IMG/VR virus record: IMGVR_UViG_2562617158_000001
Span: 13,029-77,028 of that record
Strand: one strand, 5' to 3'
Source of the DNA: a virus
Lineage: Duplodnaviria; Caudoviricetes
Length of the DNA: 64,000 bases
Of this stretch, positions 27,486-36,900 are shown one piece after another. The notes below the pieces were generated by a model that searched no databases, was not told the origin of the DNA, and saw nothing but the letters and a program-made list of their open reading frames with translations. Made by a program: the position numbers and the translations under genes. Each line of letters begins with the position of its first letter. The stretch's first letter is position 1.

Positions 27486-28051
27486 AAACGTATCTGACTG
27501 AGGATGAAATCCCCCTGTACTGTGGCCTTATCAGTGGCGTCAAGATGGAACACATCGAAGCGGCTACAACGCTCATTGATGCATTTAAAGGACGTTCATT
27601 TTATCCAATGGAGCATACAGAGCGTGTTGAGTTGAAGCATAAGCGTGTAGACCATGAATTCCGTGGGAAACTCAAGCATTTTCCTCGTGTTTCCATTGAG
27701 AAGGTCACGGCAAAGACACATGGGTTTTTTGGAGATGACACATTGACTCTGAATGCAGACACACTGGATTTCGACGATGATGAGTCCCTGTATTTTACCT
27801 TTGAGTTCCCTCAGTCGTTCATGTTCCGTAAGCCACCGAAGTATCTTAAGGTTACTTATAAGAGTGGTTATGCGGAAATCCCAGAAGCAGTAAAGCGGGC
27901 ATGTGGAATCCTTGCCTGTAACATCAAGCAGATGGGCGGTACATTACGGTGGAAAAGCCGTGATGACTATGACGTCAAGGTAACACTTAGTGACTCTGGT
28001 GTGTTCTCTCCAGAGATTGAGAATATATTGCGAGGTGTAGAGATTCAATGA
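27482..28051 (+). CDS. head-tail adaptor
   Basis: KVTYKSGYAEIPEAVKRACGIL, typical of gp6/gp15-like adaptors. Confidence 0.75.
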   Translation: MKTYLTEDEIPLYCGLISGVKMEHIEAATTLIDAFKGRSFYPMEHTERVELKHKRVDHEFRGKLKHFPRVSIEKVTAKTHGFFGDDTLTLNADTLDFDDDESLYFTFEFPQSFMFRKPPKYLKVTYKSGYAEIPEAVKRACGILACNIKQMGGTLRWKSRDDYDVKVTLSDSGVFSPEIENILRGVEIQ

Positions 28052-28608
28052 ATGTACTGGCTTACTATACTGACCGAATGGAACCATTGACGAATGAACA
28101 TGGAGCAACGGAACAAGCCCTGGTATTGCGCAGAGGTAAGACAATGAGTCCACAGACGATTGCAGACGGTAGAGTGATGCTTGTAGACCTTGGGACACAA
28201 TTTGTTGGCGGTGATATCTTATCGCGACAGAATGGTGAGCAGTATTTCATCGTATCAAAACAGCAGAGTTCAGACTGTGTTCAGATTCAGGGTAAACGAG
28301 TGAATGCCCATGTCAATATCAGTGCATTAACGGACAAATATGTGAATCATAAAAAGGTTGGCACAGAAGAAACCGTGATTATTACGGACTGTCCAACGTA
28401 TTATCAAGATGTGTCGGCGGCAATGCACACGTATGACGCAGGACTTTTACCGAAAACCGTGAAGCGCATCGTTATCCATAATTCTATCAAGGTGAAACTC
28501 CTTGACCGTGTTTCGTTCGGTGAACGGAACTATCAGGTAGACAACATTGATACGGCCAAGTATGTCGGATTGTATGAGCTGCAATTATCAGAGGATACAC
28601 GACAATGA
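28048..28608 (+). CDS. head closure protein
   Basis: synteny; LLDRVSFGERNYQVDNID. Confidence 0.55.
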   Translation: MNVLAYYTDRMEPLTNEHGATEQALVLRRGKTMSPQTIADGRVMLVDLGTQFVGGDILSRQNGEQYFIVSKQQSSDCVQIQGKRVNAHVNISALTDKYVNHKKVGTEETVIITDCPTYYQDVSAAMHTYDAGLLPKTVKRIVIHNSIKVKLLDRVSFGERNYQVDNIDTAKYVGLYELQLSEDTRQ

Positions 28609-29162
28609 GTAATATTTCTAAGGCCGTCACTCAGTGGGCAAATAAGAATATCGCGGACATTAAGGGCGAATGGGGGAAATCAACCATTGAAGGTAACGCA
28701 GAAATAAATTTCAAGATCACGAAGGACAGCCCCGATGAAGTCACAGGTGAATTTACCGCGAGTGGACAGAAGATGTGGATGAATGAATATGGCTCTGGTT
28801 CTAGACTAGACCGTAGCAATCCGTTTTTATCCCAATACACCAGTTCATCGGTATTCAACAGGGAACGCCTAAATGATACTGGTTTTGAATATGCAATCCG
28901 TACAAGGCCGTCTGGTCATTACTACCAAGACCTTGATGGTAATAATCATAGAGGTTCTGGCATTGGTATGCCGCATGGACTCCGCCTTGAAAGTAAGACT
29001 ACTTTTGGAGATATGGCAGTCAAGCCACATGAGCCTAAGCATACCATCAAAGAGACCTTGACTGGCAATACGGTATATAACGAACAATTCAAACAAGATT
29101 TATTGAATTCGTTTGGCGCAACAATACAAGAGTCCATTGCAAAGGTGGTGCGTAAATCATGA
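28605..29162 (+). CDS. neck/tail completion protein
   Basis: synteny; NEYGSG motif (HK97 gp10-like). Confidence 0.5.
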   Translation: MSNISKAVTQWANKNIADIKGEWGKSTIEGNAEINFKITKDSPDEVTGEFTASGQKMWMNEYGSGSRLDRSNPFLSQYTSSSVFNRERLNDTGFEYAIRTRPSGHYYQDLDGNNHRGSGIGMPHGLRLESKTTFGDMAVKPHEPKHTIKETLTGNTVYNEQFKQDLLNSFGATIQESIAKVVRKS

Positions 29163-29560
29163 ACGCATTTGAGTTTGGTAATGAACTCTGGAATCTATTC
29201 ACGAATGACGAGACTCTGGTGAAGCTATTGGATGTCGATGTGGACGATGAATCATCGTATGTAAAGCACTATCGACAAGAAGATGTAGCACCAGAGCTTT
29301 TTAATGTGGAGAACTTGCCGTCCATTGCATTTTACTTTGCAGACGCAGGCTCTACCGTGAATGACTATTTGAATCTCGGACTTCTACGTATTGACATCTA
29401 CACATCTTATCGAGATGACGTAGAGCCAATCCGTAAACGTATCGTTGATATCATCCACGAGAGATTCGACGAGCGTGTCCGTGCGGAAGGACAGAGGAGT
29501 TCGGGTATCACCAATGTATACAAATATAGACTGGAGTTTACTCCATTGATTTTCACATGA
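29159..29560 (+). CDS. tail terminator protein
   Basis: synteny immediately before the major tail gene. Confidence 0.55.
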   Translation: MNAFEFGNELWNLFTNDETLVKLLDVDVDDESSYVKHYRQEDVAPELFNVENLPSIAFYFADAGSTVNDYLNLGLLRIDIYTSYRDDVEPIRKRIVDIIHERFDERVRAEGQRSSGITNVYKYRLEFTPLIFT

Positions 29561-29577
29561 GAAAGGATGATGTGTAG

Positions 29578-30321
29578 ATGGCAGTTAAAGACCTTCTGAA
29601 TAAAGGACTGCTCCTGCATGGTATTGGTGCAGGCGTTCTGAAGAGTGTCACTGGCAAGATCGCTGAGATGACTACTTCCCAGAGCATGAATATGAACATT
29701 ACGGCAACGACAGAGGATGTCTATGGCGGTGACGGCCTGTTCCCGCTCTATACGTACATTTCCAAGAAGGAAGGTACGGTTGAGATTACGAACGCTGAGT
29801 TTAAGCTCTCTCAGGTACAGATTGCACAGGGTACTAAGATTACGGCAACGGGCAATAAGCGTAACTACCGTGTCCTCATCACGAAGGACGATAAGCAGCT
29901 CATCAAGGACGGTGCTCTGACTGGTGTTGAAGCCCTTGCAGTCATCGGTCCGGATGGCAACGATGCATCGGCTGCTGTTACGGTCACGGATACTGGCGCT
30001 GTAACCTTTGGCGAAGCTGCGGTTGCCGGTGAGTATGTTGTATGGTTCAAGGCAACGGATGCTAACAGTGTTAAGGCCGAGATGCTCAAGAATGCAATGC
30101 CGGAAGTTGCAACGTTCAACTGGATGTTTACCACGGAGGATTCCGAGGGCAACAAGTATCAGATTGATATCTATGCTCGCCGTGTCCGTGCTGATGGCGA
30201 ACTCAAGATTGAGACGGCTCGTGACAAGGCAACCACTCCGTCCCTCAAGATTAAGATTCTTGACCCAGGTGATGGCCATGATGACTTTGCAGTTGTCACG
30301 ATCACGCCGCTTGCTGCTTGA
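29578..30321 (+). CDS. major tail (tube) protein
   Basis: high-expression codon bias, synteny, followed by a terminator. Confidence 0.8.
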   Translation: MAVKDLLNKGLLLHGIGAGVLKSVTGKIAEMTTSQSMNMNITATTEDVYGGDGLFPLYTYISKKEGTVEITNAEFKLSQVQIAQGTKITATGNKRNYRVLITKDDKQLIKDGALTGVEALAVIGPDGNDASAAVTVTDTGAVTFGEAAVAGEYVVWFKATDANSVKAEMLKNAMPEVATFNWMFTTEDSEGNKYQIDIYARRVRADGELKIETARDKATTPSLKIKILDPGDGHDDFAVVTITPLAA

Positions 30322-30341
30322 TGATTTAGTAGCTTAACTTT

Positions 30342-30368
30342 GGGACTGACTACGGTCAGTCCTTTGTT
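30342..30368 (+). terminator. intrinsic terminator
   Basis: GGACTGAC-TACG-GTCAGTCC-TTTGTTT. Confidence 0.8.
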
Positions 30369-30400
30369 TAAACTACCAAGTTACAAGGAGGTAACAATAC

Positions 30401-30817
30401 ATGGCAGAAGAAAAGAGTAACGATAATGTCATTGGACTCTATGAGATTGTCCGTGACCGCTATGGCAAGAAACATAAAGTATATAGTGCAAAGTTCAAGG
30501 ACTTGCATACGATTATGAATTTCACTCAGCATTACAGCCCAGATTCCTTTGGCCTCTACATGCTTGCCCCTGTGATTGACAAGGATGGCGAGGTAGACAT
30601 GGATGCAGAGGGCAACATCAACTATGACAACGGATTCTATGATGACCTCATGGAGATGATTGAGATGGCACTTGACCATCGTGAGACTCGTGAGCAGATC
30701 GAAGAATGGCTCGATGTAGAGGTTGCTCGGAATATCATCATGGTCTATCTTCGCGTTTCTCAGTTTAAAAAAAACAATCCATTAAATCTGGAGAAGAGAC
30801 TCATTGGCGAAATCTGA
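30401..30817 (+). CDS. tail assembly chaperone (gpG-like)
   Basis: between major tail and tape measure; slippery site near 3' end. Confidence 0.8.
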   Translation: MAEEKSNDNVIGLYEIVRDRYGKKHKVYSAKFKDLHTIMNFTQHYSPDSFGLYMLAPVIDKDGEVDMDAEGNINYDNGFYDDLMEMIEMALDHRETREQIEEWLDVEVARNIIMVYLRVSQFKKNNPLNLEKRLIGEI

Positions 30818-31002
30818 TTGCAAGCCTTGTTCAGAACACGAGTCTCAACGTACATGACATTGAGGAACTTCGTATCAATGAAATGGAGGACCTGTTGCAG
30901 GGTATCAGTGAGAATAACGAGGAACTGAATAAGAAGTACGGCAATGGTGGCAAGGAACAGCTTGAAGGTGATGATGCTATCCATGCACTCCTTGGAAAAT
31001 AA
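30401..31002 (+). CDS. tail assembly chaperone -1 frameshift product (gpGT-like)
   Basis: A AAA AAC at 30769-30775; the -1 frame is open (KQSIKSGEETHWRNLIASL...LLGK) to TAA at 31000-31002. Confidence 0.8.
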
Positions 31003-31005
31003 CTG

Positions 31006-31034
31006 TTGACAACTTTTGATATACGACGTATAAT
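31006..31034 (+). promoter_or_regulatory. consensus sigmaA promoter of a moron
   Basis: TTGACA-17-TATAAT. Confidence 0.85.
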
Positions 31035-31086
31035 CGAAGAAAACAAGGAAAAAATGTTAATAGTTGTGTAAAGGAGGATTACAAAA

Positions 31087-31467
31087 ATGAAGCGGCTACT
31101 CATCATTTTCATGACATTATTCGCATTCTCATCAGTATGTTTCGCAGATGGCAATGAAGACGTATTGGATCACGATGAACAGTTTGCGTATGATTGTATT
31201 GACAAGTGGTATACCTTCCTAGATAATAGCAAGGTACGTTTCAAAGCAGTCGATGCAACAGACAAGGACAACGTCGAAAAAGGATTATGCGTAATATCCT
31301 TGGAAGTACCTAATCAGTTCGGTGGAATGTCATTCAGAAACTACTGGTTCCAAGACGGAAAACCAGATTCAGTATACGACGGCATCGGTGACAGCGATGT
31401 TTGGAATAGGTTCGATATAGCAAAGATGAACAGGGTGTGGAAGGAAAAACATCCACCCGAGCAGTGA
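31087..31467 (+). CDS. moron: exported protein
   Basis: signal peptide MKRLLIIFMTLFAFSSVCFA; own promoter and downstream hairpin/T-run (about 31488-31527). Confidence 0.7.
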   Translation: MKRLLIIFMTLFAFSSVCFADGNEDVLDHDEQFAYDCIDKWYTFLDNSKVRFKAVDATDKDNVEKGLCVISLEVPNQFGGMSFRNYWFQDGKPDSVYDGIGDSDVWNRFDIAKMNRVWKEKHPPEQ

Positions 31468-31544
31468 ATATACAATAGAATAACGAAAAGGGGTATCATG
31501 GTAAAACATGGTATCCCTTATTTTTTTATGTTTGGAGGGATAAA

Positions 31545-33644
31545 ATGGCAGATAAACAACAGTTGGTATATGAGATTAATATCATTGCCAACGGTACGGA
31601 TAAAATTGAGGGTGTCAAGAAGTCCCTCGAAGGTGCAAAAGACCTTGTCGATAAAATGAATAACACCAACCTCAAGATTGGTGTCAACGGTGATTTTGAG
31701 TCGAAGATGCACACGATTTCGCAGGACTTGCGTGAGGTCAGACGTGGCATTGAATTGCTGAACAAAGGTGCGACCATTAATATTTCTGGCGTACCTCAGA
31801 CAGAACAGTCGCTTCGTGCTTTAGAGAAGACCTTAGAGGATACGCTGAGAAACATCAAGGCTACTTCTTTCAACAACGTTGCTAATGACATGGCAAAACT
31901 GCAAGAAGCCGCAAAGAAAGATAGTGATGCCATTGACAAGCTAATGAAGAAGTACGAGAGACTAACGCAGACATTCAATAGTGCAACGCAGAACCGCAAG
32001 GTCATTCCTGAGTCAACATGGTATAACCGCAGGGACTCTCTTGATGGTGTCATTGCAAAACTCAGGGAATACGGCATTGTTCGTGACAACGTATACCGTA
32101 GCGAACAGTATGCCACCCATAAGTCATCCATTGAAGGATACATTCAGGCACAGAAACGCCGTTTGGAGCTAGAGAGCCAGATTGAGAAGGTCATTGATAG
32201 ACAGACAGTTGCCATGGAGCGTGGCCAGCAAGTTAAAAAAGCTGACTTTGATTTATCCATGAGACAGCTACAGCAGCTCCTTGCTGAATACAACAAGCTT
32301 GGTGGAACCAAACAGTTTACATCTCCGTTCTCTGCATTTAAAACGTCCAGTGAACAGAACAAGGCTATCATGGCACAGAACGCCGAAGCATGGTCTACGG
32401 GACTCAAGACATATTCTCAGGAGCTATCACGATTGATGGCACTGCAAGAGCAGATGTACATCCTTTGGCGTCATGATGGTACACAAGAAGCACGAGAGAA
32501 CCTTAATAAGCTCGCTGAGAGTATTGCAAAAGTCCGTGCGGAACAAGAAGCCTATCAGAACTCGACAAGACCTGTGACTCAGCCCGTAGACCCGTCAACG
32601 AAATGGGCAGAGGGACTCCAATCGTATACACGTGAACTCCGTAGACTTGAAGAGGTACAACAGAAAGTCTTTGCGGCATGGAAGAGTGACCCAACGGCTG
32701 CTAATAAACTTGCATTGGATAATGTAAAGGCAAGCCTTGCGTCGGTACGAAAAGAGTATGAGGAATTCCAGAAATCCATTGGCAAAGCCGGAGCAAACAT
32801 CAATAAAACCAATGGATATTTCACGTCGTTTACACAGAAGCTCCGTAGTCATCTTTATTGGATTACCGCAGGATCGTTGCTTGGAGCTGCCTTTGCTGTA
32901 CCAACGGAGACATTCAATTCTCTTGTTCAACTCGATGAAGAGATGCATAACTTGGCAACGGTAATGCCACAACTTGAGGGACAATCCGAAGAAGCTGTCA
33001 AAAAATACCAGGCAGAGCAGCGAGAACTCATCAATACAGCCAGTGAATACGGTGCATCTGTAAAGGATGTCATGGAATCCGCACGACTCTGGGGACGTAT
33101 GTACAAAGACCAAGCAACGGTCAATACACTGGTATCACAGTCGGCTAAACTTGCAGTTGCCGATAACTTCTCTATGGCAGAGTCGACGAAAGCCGTAGAA
33201 GCCGCAATGTTCCAGTATGGACTTGTTGCGAAAAACAGTGCAGAAGCATTGGCGTATTCTAATAAGATTGTCGATGTATATACAAAACTGTCACATAATG
33301 CCGGTGTTTCCGCACAGGACCTTGCAGCAGGCGTAGAACGCTCTGGTTCTGTCGCTAAACAGGCAGGAATCTCCTTTGAATTCCTCAATGCGCTCATTGC
33401 ACAGGGCACTCGTGCAACGGCATTGAGTGGTGCGGAAATCGGTAATATGCTCAAGACAATGCTTGCATCGTTCAACAGTGATAAGGCTGTGAAGGAACTC
33501 AAGAAACTCGGCATTGCAACCACAGAGACAGTCAATGGCGTGAAAAAGGTACGTTCTGCGCAGGCTGTATTGATGGACGTTGCAGTTGCCGCGCAGGGAA
33601 CTAATAAAGACCTGAAAGACCTCTGGATTCAAATGAGTGGCGGT
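31545..33644 (+). CDS. tape measure protein, exon 1
   Basis: TP901-type core (LARLWGRMY-like, AVADNFSMAESTKAVEAAMFQYG, GAEIGNMLKT); ends QMSGG at the intron. Confidence 0.88.
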
Positions 33645-33916
33645 AGACGATTTGCCGCATGATATAGAAATATATCATTAGTATGTTTTAATAACGGTTA
33701 AACTCCAATGGCAGGACAAGACCGTGGTAAAACCCATAAGGGGAACCGTAGAGACTACAAATAACCGCCTTAACATGTAATGGTGAAGGATGAATGTATA
33801 GTCCGATCTCACGATATAGCCAACAAATGAAACGTGAGAGCATGGCAGAAATGACCATGCCCGTAATTATAAGTCATGATAAATAGTCATGGCTTATTTT
33901 TATGAGTAACAACATG
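33645..33916 (+). mobile_element. group I intron (ORF-less, 272 nt) in the tape measure gene
   Basis: exon ends in U with P1 GCGGU/GCCGC; P3 ACGGTT/AACCGT; P7 GAGACTA/TAGTC; terminal G; splicing joins the frames exactly (SGG|KFQWAK). Confidence 0.9.
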
Positions 33917-36900
33917 AAATTCCAGTGGGCAAAAGCAGCAGCAATGTTCAGTAACTATCAGGAAATCATCAAGAACTGGGGTCTCGCCGTAAACTCCATG
34001 GGATTTACTGATAATCAGGTAAAGAACCAGATGGATTCTCTGTCTCGCCGTATCAACAAACTCAAGGCTGACTTGACTGGCTTGGTTGCACAGGGTGGTA
34101 ATAGCGGCTTAACGCAGTGGCTCAAGGAATGTGTCACGGAATTAGACAACCTCGCTAAGTTCTTATCGACAGTCAGCACATCTACATATCATTTCATTGG
34201 CAGCTTCACGAAGTTGCTCATGATTATGTATCTTGTAAATAAGGCAACGAGACTCCTGCGAACGTCATTGAATATGATTACAACTAGTGGTGCAACAGCG
34301 ACGATTACTAGTATGTCTACGGCATTTGCATCGGCTACAACCACAGCAGAGGGACTGAGGGCTGCTATCATTGCACTGAGGCACTCCATTAATCTTCTGA
34401 AAGCCGCTGCAACGGTTGGTGTATCCATTGCGATTGACCTTGGGCTTGAAGCACTGACAGATTATATCGACAACACAACTAATGCCGTAGAAAAACAGAC
34501 GGAAGCCGTGTCTAACGATATGGCTGTAAAGCGTCAACAGATTGAGATGTATAACCAACAAGAGGATTTCCTTGACGCATTGTTTGTTGCCCATCAAAAA
34601 CTCACAGCTGAAATTGAGAGTTCTACAGTTAGCGACGAGAAGAAAAAGAAGTTACTTGAAGATCGTATTGAAACAGAGAACCAGATGGCAAATGTTGTTG
34701 GGGGGTCTGCAGTACAACAGATGCAAGCCGATAACTGGACGGATGCATCAACCAAAAAGGTAAGGGACAACTATGTAAATGCAACGGAAGCTAAGAAAAA
34801 ATCCTTGGCGCAATTCTTGTCGGCAAAACAACAAGAAGCAGTTAAAAACTATAGAATTGCCACGGAGAACATGCAGAATTGGAAAGAAGAAACTGACCAA
34901 TTTTGTAGGGCAACTGGCGACAAGATTAATGCACTACACGCATATGTATCTGCACAGGAATTAGTTGCCACGGTCGAGGAAAAGGTTCATCAATTACAAA
35001 AATCAAGTGCAGAACAAGGTCTTGAGAACTTCAAGCAGAAACAATATGAACTCAGTCAACTACAAAATGACCCAAACCATGAATGGACAAGTAGTGACCA
35101 AGAGGCATTAGATAATGCTAATCGCATGGTCAGCCGATTGAATGGCGATGTTGATAGACTAAACAAAGAAATATATAATGATAGACATACTATTCAATGG
35201 GAGCAGACAGGCGCGGAACTTGCAAAGGAAGAAGAAGCCGCAAGGAAAGCCTTTATGGATATAGGTGGAGCTAATCTTGTTAATCCTGGTGGCGTCATGA
35301 GTCCTGATGACTTTCTACAAAAGTGGGGTTCAGGAGAAGGCGCAGGTGGCGACGAGTATAACCATACACCAACCAGTAAGCAACACCATGAGCGCAAGAA
35401 GAAGGACCCGAATTATGTCAAGGAAGACTGGCAGTATGGAGACACGACTTCCCAGATGTTTGCAGAGCTGTCCAAGAAATTCGAGTCGAAGTTCGATACA
35501 AAGAATGGCCTTGATATGGCTACGTTGTCTGCTATCGTCACGAAATTGACTGGTATCAACACTTTGGACTTTGACGGGGTGTCTGACCCATTCGGTACTG
35601 GTGGACGCAATACATGGGAATCTGGACGTTTGTTTTATCAGAAGATGGCTCCGTATTTAGCACAGGGGCTCAGTGTGCCCCAAGCACTTGGCCATCTGAC
35701 TCCTGGTATCACCGACGAGGAATGGAAGACATGGCTCGATGATAAAGCACTGTATCTCCGTAACAAATACAATTACACCAAGAATGACCAGAGATTCAGT
35801 GACCCTAATGAGCAATCAGGGGGACTCTATGACCTCGGTGGTGCACCTACGTCTGGTGGAGGAGACGAAGACTATGTCGGCAATGATGTTGATGAAGGCC
35901 ACTTATGGGAACTTGCAGTCATAGCGGCTAATCAGGCAAAGGTTGTAAAGGACCCATTGTATTATTGGCTTATCATGATGCATGAGTCTGGACGAGGTAA
36001 AGACGGTACATCTGTAGCAAATCATAACTTCGCTGGTCTTGGTGGCGGTTCAGGAGTTGACATGCAGACCGATGCTAATTTTGCGAGCACTTTCGCTAGA
36101 ACGCTCGATGGAATGTTTACGTCTGCACCGAACAATATTGGAGAACTTGTCTATGGCATGTATACTCATGGCTATTTCACAGGTGATGCTGAAGCATATC
36201 AGTCTGACCTTGAGGGGATTAAGAATGAAGGTCTCGTTAGCGGTGGCAACAACCAGGGCACTGGTGTATCGTCTGCACCCATTGGAGATGCTGTATATGA
36301 CGAAGCATTAAAAGAGTCCGCAGAACGCAAAGGACAAGCCCTTGGCGCAAACACATGCGCTGCCTTTGTTTCTTATGTCACTCGCGGTATCGGTGCAAAC
36401 ACAGGTATTGATGACCCATTAGTTAAGAATTGGGTTGATAAGGCTCAAGCGAATGGCGCATGGGTTGATTCTTCTAGTGGACAGACAGCTCCTAAAGGCT
36501 CGTTGGTTGTATGGAGCCGCGAAGGAGAACAGGATGGTAATCCGTGGATGCATATTGGTATTTCCGATGGCCAAGGCGGTTGGATTTCTTCGGATACACA
36601 CGGACTCAAGCATCACACTGGCCTTGATTCCTACTATAGTGGGAATGGATATAACTATGCTGGTTATATTGATATGGCAAAGTTAACTGGCGGACAGACT
36701 GTATCTGGGTATGCGACTCCAAGAAAGCCCTCCTTCTGGAATGGCCATAAGAGTTCCCTTGCTGACTTCACGAGAGACCAGATTGCAGAGACCATCTATG
36801 ACCAAGACCGTCAGCAGAAACTCTATGAGGCTCGTAAGAAGAACTTTGAGTATCAGATGAAGATTCACGGTGAGACCTATGCATTACTTCGTGCTAACGA

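Noticed and set aside
33902-33916. Independent start (MSNNM) for the second tape-measure ORF
   Set aside because: These codons lie in the intron 3' end; no good RBS; splicing explains the frame.
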